Below, piece by piece: positions 10,669 through 22,917 of a stretch of 64,000 nt of DNA. This DNA is from Phaeosaccion multiseriatum (Eukaryota > Protista > Ochrophyta, other classes): NCBI GenBank assembly GCA_965112735.1, contig OZ218958.1, positions 2,914,001-2,978,000 on the forward strand, written 5' to 3'. The notes beneath the pieces were generated by a model. It did no database searches and had not been told where the DNA came from. It saw only the letters and a program-made list of their open reading frames with translations. The translations under genes were made by a program, and so were the position numbers. Position 1 is the first letter of the stretch. Each line of letters opens with the position of its first letter.

Positions 10669-11490
10669 GTCAGTCTGCATCTCCACGTCGGCACTTGCTG
10701 AGACGAGCTTCTCCACCACACGAGGATGGTCACAGAAATAACATGCGTCGTGTATCGCTCTCATCCCGTCTTCGTGCATCGCATGCACATGTGCACCTTC
10801 CCTGAGCAGCTTTCGTACAATGCTTCTGTGCCCTGGCGCACACGCTGACGTTAGCATAGTGCTCCTCGATATACCCCTACGCCTCTCGAGGTTGGTACCG
10901 GCTGTGATGAAGCGCTCCACCACCTTGCCATGGCCATACCTGCAATCAACAGAGAGAGGGCGAACTCCGTTGTTGTTTGCCACATTCGCATCTGCCCCGG
11001 AGGCCAACAGCAACTGTGTGACCCTGTCGTGCCCTTCCTGTGCGACCATCGATAAGGGGGTGCGGCCGAAATTTGTAGCGTCCACGGGGCTGGGATCAGC
11101 ACCGGCCGACAGCAGCTGCTGCGCAACCGCAGTGTCCCTTCTGTGTAGCCAGCATCAAAGGCGTATCTCCCGCACAATCAGCCAAGTCAACACCGGCACC
11201 GACGGAGAGCAGCTTCTGCACCACCACCACAGCCCCTCGAGCGGAGGCCACAGCAGAGCTGTAGTTGCCTTCTCCCCAAAAAAAAAAAAAAATGTAGACA
11301 GGAGCTGTCGTCCCAAAGCAGCATCCGCAGTAACGCATGCAGCGGCCATCGCAGTTGCGCCAGTTGAAGAGTTTAGAGCATTCGGCGACGCACCCTCTTG
11401 CAGCAAAAGAGCCACCATGTCGCCTCTCATTCTGTGTAGAGCTGAGTGCAGGGCAGGATGTCCCGACTCGTCGAGGGGCTCGTCCAAGTA
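10669..11490 (-). pseudogene. Decayed ankyrin-repeat gene split over several frames
   Basis: Ankyrin motifs GHPALHSA..VALLLQEGASPN, GDTPLMLATQKGH, GRTPLSMVAQEGHDRVTQLLLASGADAN and GMRAIHDAC lie in at least three reading frames, with no splice signals explaining the shifts. Confidence 0.8.
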
Positions 11491-11817
11491 TGCCTCTTAG
11501 CGAACGCGAAACGAGGGAGGAAGTGCGTTATATTGACCTCGCTCACCTTGCTACTGAAGGCTCTCTCCATGGCGACAATCACGCCCTCTGAATGAGCAGC
11601 TGCGAACTCAGACGAGTGTATTTGCAGAAGAGATCCGCTAAGATCGGCCACACGCGAGAATCGCGCCCTCTGAATGAGCAGCTGGGAGTTCGGACGAGGG
11701 TTTTCTTTTTGGAATCATCTCATCTCTGGGATAATCTCTCTGGCCAAAGCAAAACTAAAAGTAAAAAGCCCCCCTCTCCAATCTCTGGACAGATCACCTC
11801 CCTCAAAAATTCCAGCG

Positions 11818-14800
11818 ATGGCCGAAGAAGCGGGAAAGGCGGCGGCGGCCGCTTTGGAGCCAGCAGCAGTAGCAGCAGGGGGGGGATCAGTTCCTAAGAA
11901 GGCACGCTTTGAGATTGGCTCCATTGGGGACATCGTTAGCGGAGAAGGGGCGGGGGGCGGGCAGGACAAGGATGAGTTTGATGGCATGTCGGAGATCCCC
12001 GGCAGCCTGTGCATGAACTGCGGGGGGGAGGGAACGACTCGCATGCTCACCACCAAGATCCCCTTCTTCCGAGAAATTATCATCTCCTCCTTCGACTGCC
12101 CAACCTGTTTCTGGAGCAACAACGAGGTGATCTTCGGGGGCGAGCTGCAGGAGGAAGGGGTGCGCTTTGAGCTTACCGTCAGCACGCCGGAGGACCTCAA
12201 TCGCCAGGTCATCAAGAGTGACTACGCTGCCGTTGGCTTCAAAGAGGTGAATGGCATTTGGTGCCTCCCCTCCCCTCCGTCCCCTCCGTCCCCTCCGCTC
12301 CCCTCCGCTCCCCTCTCCCCTCCGCAATCGCGATCGCAAACGAGTAGTTACCCACGCTACAGCAGACTGAGTATAGAAGAGTATAGAACGCGGGGCGGGG
12401 AGCTCATACGGGCTAGCTAGTGAAGCATGAGACGAGGGGAGATGGAAGAGGAGGGCGGGGGGGGGGAGGGGCACTTTTTATCCCCTTGTCCCCACCCTCT
12501 CCTCCTCTACGTGCTGCCCTCTCACCCGCCACACACGGTGGACTGACGGCAGCCCCTCACACCCCTACCCCACGCCCCTCACGCCTCACTCCCCTCTCCT
12601 CTTCAGATCGACTTTGAGATCCCTGCCCGCCCTCATGGGGGTGAAATCACCACCGTAGAGGGGCTGCTAAGCACGGCGGCCGAGAGGCTGGGCTATGAAC
12701 AGCCCCACAGGATGGAAACGGCCCCCGAGGTGGTACGTACTTGTTGCGCAGTAACGATGGGGTACCGTTTTGGCATGGAAGGCAAACGAATCGCCATATA
12801 CATGTATGGCCTGTGATGTGGTGTGATGCCATCGACCCCATGCCCCATGCCCCATACCCAAAGACCTATACCCCGTACCCTATACCCTACACCCTATACC
12901 GTATACCTCAGGGCATGAAAGTGGCGGAGGTAATCCTACAGCTCACACGCATGTCAGCGGGAGAGGAGGAGAGCTTCCCCTTCACCCTGTATGTCGACGA
13001 TATTTCGGGCAACTCCTTCGTGGAGAACCCATATGCCCCCAATAAGGACGCCGCACTTGACACCAAGTACTACAAGAGGACGCCCAACCAGGTATGATTG
13101 GGTAGGAGGACGTATCTTTCTCCCTCCTCGCCCTCCACTCTCTCCCTGTGTGTGTATGTGTGTGTGTGCTTCTCTCTCTCTTCTCTCCTCTCTCGCGTCT
13201 TCTTTTGCGCTACCCACTCCTCTCTTACCCCTTCCCTCCCCTCCTCCCCTCCGTCCTCCTCGCCCCCCCCCGGTCCCTCAGGACATCCAAGTCGGCCTCC
13301 AACCCTCCGAGCAGGCCAAAGCCGACGGTTTCATCGACGACGCCAACCCGTTACACGCCAAGGTGCAACCCCACATGGCCATGGAGGGCGGGCAGCGCCT
13401 CCTGGATCAGATCGACCAAGCCAACTTGGGCAAGGACGGAGGGAGCTTGCTCAGAAAGGAGATGGTCAACTTCCCGGAGGTAAGAAAGGAAACTGAAGCT
13501 GAAACTAGGACTCTTTGGCTTTACAAAGTCTGATGATGGGTCGTGATGAGGGGCTCGCTTTCCCCTGTCCCTGATCCACACACTGGTCTTCTCCTCCTCC
13601 TCCTCCTCCTCCTCCTCCTCCTCCTCCTCCTCCTCCTTTTCCTTTCCTCCTCCCCCCTCAACTTGGGCGTCAGGCGTGTCCCAACTGTATGAAGATGGGG
13701 GTAAACAGCATGTGCATGACCGACATTCCCCACTTCAAGGAGGTGATCATCATGGGCTTTGACTGCGACGACTGCGGTTTCCGCTCCAACGAGGTGAAGG
13801 GGGGAGGAGCAGTGCCTCCCAAGGGGACGAGCTTCACGCTGCACGTCAGGGGCAAGGAGGACTTTGCCAGAGACATTCTCAAGAGTGACTCAGGTTAGGT
13901 GCTTGTGGGTGGAGCACGGAAGGGGGGGGGGGGAGGAGGGAGGAAGGAAGGAAGGGAGGGAGGGAGGGAGGGAGGGAGGGAGCGAGCGATGAGTCAGAGG
14001 AGTGTAAATAGATCTGAAGAGTGACGGGTGCCAACAAGCGAAGGTGGTCTCATGCTGCCATGCTGCCATACGTCGGGGACACCTTACCCAGCCCCACCTC
14101 CTCCGCCGTCCTTGCCTCCTCCCCTCCAGACATGCCCTACACCACTTCCCTCTCTCCCCATATGCCTCTCATCTCATCTCACCTCTCCTCCCTCCTCTCC
14201 TCGCCCTGCAATGTCCTCTCTCTTCCTCTCTACCTCTGTTCTCTTGTGTGATCTATGCCGTGCCATCTTTGATCGATTGGATGTATAATGCGCAGCGATG
14301 CTCGAGATACCGGAGCTAGAGCTGGTCATGCAGCACGGCACCCTCGGTGAGAGGAGTCAGTGAGGGAGTGAGTGAGTCCGTTTTAGTTTCAATTTACATC
14401 AGTCTCTCTCCCCCTTCCCTCCGGGGTGAAGAGTGGCAAGAATGCCCCCGTGTGTCTGTGTGTCTGTGTATGTGTCTGTCTGTGTTTGTGTGTGTGTGTG
14501 TGTGAGTGTATGTATGTGTGTGTGTGTCTCTTGCGTGTATTTGTGTCCTTTGAAGTTCGTGTACAGATTGAGCTCTGTAGCGTGTATCTCGACCCCGCCC
14601 CCAGCACTTTCCCAGACATTGATCCTGACCATGACCCTCATCTCGACCCCCAACCTCACCCTGACCCTCCCCCCTTCCCTCCCCCCTTCTCCTTCCCCTT
14701 ACCCTCCCTTCCCCCCTCCCTTGTCCCCTCCCTTCTCCTCCCCCTTCCCCTCCCCCCCATCCTTACCCCAAAGGCGGCATGTACACAACACTTGAGGGCG

Positions 14801-16027
14801 TGTTGGGCAAGTGCGTCAAGAACCTCACAGATGGCAATCCCTTCTACAATGGCGACAGCGCAACGCACCACCACGCGCAGCTCAGCGCCCCCCAAGTCAA
14901 GTATATGGACTTCATGACGAGGTCAGTCCGACGTTTCAGTGTCAGTTCCTTCTGCCGCGGCTCCCTTCGACTCTCCCCTCGCAAGCACTCGCTGCCTTGC
15001 CCTACCTGCCCGATGGTGACGAATGCCACCCTTCTCTGACCCTGACCCTGACCCTGACCCTGACCCTGACCCTGACCCTGACGGACCGATCATGATCAGA
15101 CTGAGAGCCCTAGTGAATCAGGAGCTCTTCCCCTTCACCCTGGTGCTGCGGGATCCCATGGGCAACAGCTTTATCGGCGCCTTGCACACAGACAACCCCG
15201 CCGAGGACGAGCAGATCACGGTAAGGAAGAAGCAAGGGTAGTAGGTAAAGTGTGTGTGTGTGTAGTATGTCTGTCTCCCTCTCTCCCTCCCTCCCTCTCT
15301 CTCTCTTCCTCCTTCTGTCTCTCCCTCACGCACGCACATACACTACCTCGCCTCTCCATCCTCGCTCTGTACCACTCACACCGCTGCTACTGCTGAATCA
15401 CTAACTGCTGCTGCTCATGGATGACTGCCCGCGTACGACCAACAGATCGAATACTACGACAGGACGGAGGAAGAAGAGGAGGACTTGGGACTGAAGGACA
15501 TGAATACAGAGGCCTTCGAAGTCGTGCCAGACTCGTATAGAGAGGTACGTGCGTGCGTGGGCGCGTGGGTGCGTGGGTGCGGCCGTGGGTGCGTGATTGG
15601 AGAGACTGGAGAGACGTAAAGCCGAGGAATGAGGCAGGGAGGTAGGCAGGCAGGCAGGGAGGTAGGCAGGCAGGCAGGGAGGTAGGCAGGCAGGCAGGGA
15701 GGTAGGTAGGCAGGCAGGCAAGGAGGGCGCGTCTCACCCCCAGGGGGCATTCACTCAGTCCTTCCAACATCCCCGCCCCTCCCCTCTGTCCAGGCCAATG
15801 CCCAACCCGAAATCGCTCTTCACCGCTGGGGCACTGACCACCCCACCGGCTTCTCCAAGGGCACGGAGACAGATGACGTCACTCCCACGACCGGCTTTCT
15901 GGAACCGCGGCAGCCTTCTTCAAGTAATAGCAACAACAAAACTACAGCTGCATCAGTTGGCAGTACAGCAGCAGGAGCAGCAGTTGGTGCTACAGCAGCA
16001 GCAGCTCCGTCCGACAGTCCTTCATGA
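11818..16027 (+). CDS. ZPR1: Zinc finger protein ZPR1 (10 exons: 11818-12246, 12607-12732, 12912-13091, 13282-13479, 13674-13893, 14296-14346, 14774-14921, 15100-15220, 15446-15544, 15794-16027)
   Basis: Two ZPR1 modules: SLCMNC..TRMLTTKIPFFREIIISSFDCPTC..SNNEV / DLNRQVIKSD / ITTVEG / DDISGNSFVENP, and CPNC..TDIPHFKEVIIMGFDCDDCGFRSNEVK / RDILKSD / LGGMYTTLEG / LRDPMGNSFI. GT-AG introns are in consistent phase. Confidence 0.95.
15036..15082. repeat. (CCCTGA)n hexamer array near the 3' end of a ZPR1 intron
   Basis: About 8 copies, ending ~17 nt before the AG acceptor at 15098-15099. Confidence 0.9.
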
Positions 16028-16378
16028 CACCAGTCCAAAAGAGGAATAGAGGGTGCGTTACTTGTACTCGAAGCAAAGTGATGAAAGGAATCGGGAAAAG
16101 GGTGTCGCGTGCGTGTAATGAATAGAAAGGCCTTAAGCCTTCTCTCGCCGCCCGTCTCGAAGCGTAGGGAGCCTTGGAGTCATCGACGTCAGGTCAGGCT
16201 GCGTCAGGTACTTGGAAGAGATGGAGATGGAACTTAGTTCACAACCCTTTGTGCACTCGCAGTCTCTACTTCCTCGGTCTTGCTCTGATTATAGAATAAA
16301 GCAATTTTAATAAGTTGGTAAGGGAGGAGTGAAGGCTCAGGCAGTCAGTCACTCACTCAGTCCGTCAGTCAGTCAGTC

Positions 16379-16410
<32 letters not shown>

Positions 16411-16884
16411 AGTCAGTCCGTCAGTCAGTCAGTCAGTCAGGCCATTTCCGAAGCCACCTCGAGCATAGTCTGAGTAGTCTCGGGGCACACGCACGTCCAT
16501 CTCCTGCGGCGGTGCCCCCATTTCCTTCCTAAAGGCGGGGTCGGTTGGGCGCATCAGGTACCTCGGCATCAGGTCCAGCGGAGTCTGCGATGCGAACAGC
16601 TCCCTTCTGCTGCGGCAAGGAGGCGCGCTTCCACCTCACAGCCTAAGCGATGCTCCCGCCGTATAAAGGAGGCTAGAGCACTGTGCGCCGATGCTCCGGC
16701 TGAGAGAAAGCTGCATTGCGACCCCTTGGTCGCCATGGAGGATTGGGAGGAAGTCAGCAAAAGGAGGACCCAGCCGGCCCATACGCCTGCATGGCGGTTG
16801 AGCTTCGTCTCGATCTCGATATCTTCTCTTTTTTAGCATCCCTCTCCAGCCCGTAATAGGATTCAACAGCAGAGCTGGAGCTTG

Positions 16885-17780
16885 ATGACGATGGACACGA
16901 AGCAGTCGAACCGATTCCTGGTGCGAAATCCAGAGGTGAGATGCGAGAGCTGCACCGATCGACTATCCATCCTCCTCTCTCATCCATCTCCCATATCCTC
17001 TCCCTCTCTCCTTGATCTCTTCTCCCCACACATCTTCCTCTACCTCAACCTCTCTTCTTCCCTTCTCTCTTCCATCCCACCCTTGATCGGCTGCTTTAAC
17101 ATCCTCCGCCTCACCCGATTGCCTGGCTCTGCCCTGGTACTGGAGCACAGAAAGGAGACTTAAATCAATACTGGTGAGTGATGAGCCGACCCCTCCCACG
17201 GTCTCTTGCTACCAAGGACTGATAGATCACTCTCGCACTGAAGGAGGACAAGTCATGGCTATCGTTTTCTCGAGGCCTTCTCTTTGTAAGCTATCTCTCT
17301 GAATCTCTGCCGCAGGATGGCTACAGCTACTCCTGTTGCTGGTGATACTGGTGCCTTTTCGCGCTGCGCAGTCCCTCTGACAACCTGTTTCGCGCCTGTC
17401 TGTCTTCCCTCCCTCCCTCTCCCCCCCCCCCCCTCTCTGTCCCCTTCTCCCTTTCCTGGAGGTACTCTCTCCCCACCATCGAGGCAATGGTGGCCGACTG
17501 TCTCGAGGTAGGAGAGGGGAGCATCGCCTTCCTCTCCACCCCTTCTATTTACTTCTCCCTACCAGAGGCCGATCGGAAAGGCTGCAAGTGCTTTGATGTG
17601 AGTGACGATGGGTGGTGTGTGGGGTGGGGTGTGGGCCTTTATTGGCTGCCCCGGCTCCACGTCGTCGAGTCGAGACTATCTGTATGTACGGGCCCTCCTC
17701 CTCTCTCCTCTTGATCCTTCTCTCTCTCCCTCCCTCTCTCTCTCACTCTCTCATACACAACTCCCTGTCTGTGTTTCTCT

Positions 17781-17818
<38 letters not shown>

Positions 17819-18426
17819 TACTCATTCTCACTTCATGCTGGATCACTCCCCCAGCTGGACACAAAGTGGGAGAAAGATCCTGGCTTTGTCCTGTACGATT
17901 TCAACAAACCGGTGAGTGAGTGAGTGAGAGTTCGAATGGCTGTAATTAGAGACAGACAACCCCACTCCACCAAAACGCGAGACAGACTTGTGGGGATTGA
18001 GTCTAGTACCCCACCACAGCAGCAACACTTGATGGGTTTGATTGAGTCTTATACCCCACCACAGCAGCAACGCTTGATGAGTTGTGAAGATTTGTGGGGA
18101 TTGAGGGCCAAAGAGGCGTAAGTAAAGGCAGCCCCCGTCCCCCTCTCGAGCTTGGAAGCTAAACAACATATCCAACTTTTTCACACACATACGCACTCAC
18201 ACACACGCACACACGCATACACGCATACACACACGCACACACACAAAACCTACACGCACGCACGCACGAACACGCCTGTAGGAGGACATCCCAAAGGAGC
18301 TGGTGGGGACATTTAGCATGGTGGTGATCGATCCGCCATTTGTGGTGAGGGAGGTGTGGGAGAAGTACGCCGAGGCGGCCAAGCTGCTGCTCAAGGAGGG
18401 GGGGAAGGTCATGGCCAGCACCATAC

Positions 18427-18498
<72 letters not shown>

Positions 18499-18905
18499 GT
18501 GTGCGTGTGTGTGCGTGTGTGTATACATGTGTGTATGTATGTGTGTGTGTGTGGGTGTGTGGGTGTGTGTGTGGGTGTGGGTGTGTGCGTGTGTGTGTGC
18601 GTGTGTGTGTATACATGCGTATATGTATGTGTGTGTGTGCGCGTGTGTGCGTATGGATGTATATGGTTGTGTGTGTGTGTGTGTATATGGGTGTGGGTGT
18701 CTGTCTGTACCCCACTGTCCTGACACCGCCCGCCCCACTTTCCCACCCCTCTCAGGAGAACGCAGATATGATGCTTGAGCTTCTGTCGGTGCGTCCCGTG
18801 GTCTTCAAGCCCTCCATCCCGAATCTCGTGTACCAGTACTTCCTATACGCCAACTTCGATAGCAAAGAACTCGGCCAGCCCAACCCCGAGATACCCGAGG
18901 ATTGA
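16885..18905 (+). CDS. EEF1A lysine methyltransferase 1 / N6AMT2-like ('N6-adenine methyltransferase' family) protein (exons 16885-16935, 17151-17173, 17462-17597, 17855-17911, 18282-18428, 18756-18905)
   Basis: The spliced product contains [50 protein letters not shown] and [15 protein letters not shown]. The start codon is uncertain. Confidence 0.85.
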
Positions 18906-20851
18906 TGGAGAATGAGCGGAGCAGAGGAGCAGCAGCAGCACCAGCAGCAGCAGCATCACTAGCATCACCAGCAGCAGCAGCAGTTTCTCTGGGCTGGAAG
19001 CGAACACTACAAGAGCGAAACAATCGGGAGAATGAATGCCGGGGCTTGGCTCCGACGGCAGCAGCGCGAAAACCACAGCGCATCATATACAATCACCATA
19101 GAGCCCCTTTGTATGTAATGTAGAGAGGACATGGTCTTCAGTTTAGAGAGACAGGGAGGAAGGCATCAATGTTGTAAAGAGAGACACGCCGGCGTCACAT
19201 CATCATCATCATCATCATCATCTGTCCATAGCGCACTCCACGAGGGGTGTGGAGAGGGAGGGGGAGATGCGCGCACGCATGTGTAATGCAGGCAGCAGCG
19301 TCTGAGGCATTCTTATCGACGAGCGTTATTATTTATACAGGGCACCTTCTCATCAATTAGCCACACGTGGGTGGGTGGGCAAGGTACCCCACAACCATGC
19401 TTTGACTCGGCTGAACCGTTTGGCTTGCTTCTTCGGCCCAGAGACAGTCGGACGAGACAGACAGACAGACGCATAGACAGACCGATAGACAGAAAGACAG
19501 ACAGCCCTGTGACACCTCTCTCTCTCCCTCTCTCCCTCCCTCTCGCCCCGCTTCACTGGTGCTGGTTCTGTGTAACGTCCCCCTGCTCGTCTTTGTGTCA
19601 TGCTCCGAAGATAGCAATGGCCGCCCCCTCCGGACGGTTCTTTTGCATCCCCTCCCCACTACTTCTAACGACGCCTCCCACACTCACTCACTCACTCACT
19701 CACCCACTCCCTTGGCGCCCCCCCCCCTCCCCTCCTCTGCAGCCTCCCCCCTTCTTTATGCTCTGCTTGTATTGCCTAGACTGACTGACTGACTGACCTG
19801 ACTGCCCCTCTCCTCGCCCACACGTTAATGGTTGTTTGTTCGTTCCATGGCCACACACCCACCCCACTCACTCACTCCACAGCTGTCCGTCGCTGCCCCC
19901 GCTGCTAATGCCGCGCGTCTGTCTCTAACTATTCCTCCCCTACATACAATTTCGGCCATGTATCGCAAAAAGCGGTATCGTCGCGGCGGCGTCGTTATGA
20001 ACCACACGCACACACACACACACCACGTCACATCGCCGCTCTTATAATGTCCACCGCCCTACCGCTCTCTCCATCCCTTGTACTTCCTCTCTTGCTCACT
20101 CCCGCGCTCCTCTCTTCTCCTCCGCTTGGCTTCACCTTCACTCAGCTCTCCGCCTCCTTCCTCCTCTTCTCTCTCTTCTCTTCTCTGTCTCCGGCCTCCG
20201 CATCCCCATCACACTCCTTTGCCACGCCACACCACTCCGTCATCCCCAGGGGGCCAAATCTGATCTGCGCACACAAGGGAGGGGGGGGGGTGGGCATTCG
20301 TTGACATAGTCGGTGAGGAGGGTGCAGCTAAGGGGTTGGGAAGGAGCAACCTCCTTGTCCTCTCTCGCTCTCTCATGAGTGCGAAGAGGCGAGCCTGTCT
20401 CGTCTGTCAAGGTACGGGTACGGTTGGTGTGGTCAATGCCAGGCCTGCTCAAAGGAGAATGAGAGGGTACGATCCAAGACGAAGGCTTAATTCACTCGTC
20501 CATCAATGAAAGCTTCTTCTCACCTTTCTATATCGCCCCCTGTGGCTACACCATCATGGCACCGCCCACCTCAACCCAAACCCATCCGACTGTTCCTCCT
20601 CTCGCCCGCCCAGGGGTGGGGAAGGAGAGCGCGGGCCGGCCTTTTCTCATATGGGCTACATACACACAGCAGCAGCAGCAGCAGCAGCAGCACCTCCCTC
20701 CACCACCTGCCCACACAGACTCAAGCAGACCCACGCTCCCTGCAGTCCTCCACCCCCCCTGCCTGACCACCGCAAGAGGGCCTCTTGTCTCTCTCCTCTC
20801 CTCTCTTCGTCCAAAGGCCGCTCCTGAGGCTTCCTTGTGGCCAGGCGCGTT

Positions 20852-22416
20852 CTAAGGTTTCTTGTGGGCCAGGGGGTCCCTTCGCGAAGTCCATCGTCGC
20901 TGGAGCTGCGCGTGGGTGAGGCGTCCGGCGGCGGTTGCGGCACGGTCTCTCTGTTGTAGAGGTGTATGGGCAGAGGGTAGCAGGGAGGAGGAGAAGTAGT
21001 AGTAGTAGTAGTAGAAGAAGAAGAAAGAGAAGAAGAAGAAGGAGGAGGAGGAGGAAGGGGAGGAGGTTGCGTGGGGGCCGAAAGACTTTAGGAGATGCAC
21101 ATGGATAAGAGTAGAGAGAAAGGCGGGAACGTAGGCAAAAGCCTCAGGGAGGACTGACCCTTCTCTCTATAGACAGACGCATCTCGCACTTTCTCTCTCC
21201 CTCTGTTTCTCTCCGTGCATACATAAACACACTCACGCACACCAGCGACTCCTCGAGTGGCGCAAAGTAAGAGAAGGTTTACATCGATCACAGCCGCCGC
21301 CGATACGCACTGACACTGACGCTCGTGAGGACTCCGCCCCTCCTCCTCTCATTACCACTCAGACAAAGACGTGCGGCTCGCTGAACTCCATCTAGCCCAC
21401 CCCGCCCCTCCCCACCCCTCAATCCCTCCCCTCCTACCCACCCACACAAAAGACTCACCTGACTGCCCGGCATGCCCTCAAAAGCCCTCTTGAGCTGGTC
21501 CTGCTTCTCAATGTAATCTCTGCACGACTTGGGCAGTAGAGTCACGTCCTCGAGCTTCTTGGCCAGGCGGAGGCACTCCCCCACAGAGAGATTGCCCGTC
21601 ACCTTGTCAGAGGAGTCCGAAGAATCCGCTGTTGTGGTTTGTTTGTGTTGTTGTAGCCATTGATTGTGTTGGGAGAGACAGAGAGATGTGTGGAGAAGCA
21701 GAAGCAGAAGGAGGGCGGGGGGGTGATGAGCGAGAGGGGAGCGAGGGTTCATAGGGTGGACATGAGCACGCACTGCGATGTGGTGGGCGATAAAAAAATA
21801 AAAATTAGGGATGAAGTCTGAGTGCTGTCCCTTCCCGTCATTGCAGCCTGCGTTGCGCGTTGACGGCAGCCAACAGTGGTGAGGCCGGAGCCCGCACGAT
21901 CCTACTTGCACTGCTGCTGCTGCTGGTGGTGCTGCTGTGGGCAATGATCCTTACTTCACCCCGCATGATAAACGATCACCACAGCCAGCACTGCGGCCAC
22001 TGCAATCCCGCTACGCAAGGCAGCAAACCATAATGTAGCGGACAGCAGCACGGAGTGCCCCACACAGTCTCTGATCCTCCCCGATCAGGATAAGGCAGGG
22101 GGGAGGTTAGCATGTTGAGAAAGAGTGGCCGCCGAAATGGGGATCGCCTCCAAATCCTTTGCGGGCGGTCCACCCCGTGCGCTCCTTGCCCCCCGCCTCC
22201 ACGTCTGTGCACCATGCTCCTCTCCTGCGCCTTCTGTCCCTCATTCCCTCTCCCTCCCATGCCCTGTCAGCTGCTCTTGTGCAAAGGGAAAAAGGGGGGT
22301 GGGGGAAATGCACAAATGTTCCCCTCACCTGAGCTCGCCACAAAGTTCTCCGTCTTGTAGGACGAGGCGGAGGAGGATGAGATGCGCCTGGCCAGCTTTG
22401 ATTCCGTTTCAGTCAT
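20852..22416 (-). CDS. Hypothetical spliced gene or gene remnant, product unknown
   Basis: Exon-like blocks with GTGAG donors (MTETESKLARRISSSSASSYKTENFVASS; DKVTGNLSVGECLRLAKKLEDVTLLPKSCRDYIEKQDQLKRAFEGMPGSQ) and a hydrophobic segment. The full structure was not resolved. Confidence 0.3.
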
Positions 22417-22917
22417 GGTGCTTGCGCGCTGAAGGTCCTCTCTGTGCCTATATCTCTACTCGCTGATTGAAGTGCGTTGAGAAGGTGGAGAGGTCCCCAG
22501 GGGGGCACACAAAATCGAGGAGAGCGAGATGGCGAGTCCGACATCCCTCACAAAACAAAACTTGCAGCGCAGAACAAACAAAACAAAGAGAAATGAGGAA
22601 AACTCGTATATATACACGTAGAGAGAAGCCCTCTCTAATGTGGCACTGAAAACATTCGACGGAAAACGACCCATCGCAACTCTACTTTTGTCCTGATGGG
22701 AGAGGAGACCATCAGACATTCCTCTGAGATGATGAGATAGATGGCCCTGTTGCTGATACTGCTGACTGCTGTTGCTGCTGGTGTCGTTGTGCGGTCACCT
22801 ATATTCGAGATCGACCCCTGACGTCCTACCTGCTTCCTGCTACGTCGGCGGCCAGTAGTACGCTACCAAAGAATAGGTCAGTGCTTGTGACTTTGTGCTG
22901 CTGCCACTTTCTTTGCC

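Noticed and set aside
15036-15082. Telomere or chromosome end
   Set aside because: Short, variant (TCAGGG) repeat internal to a ZPR1 intron.
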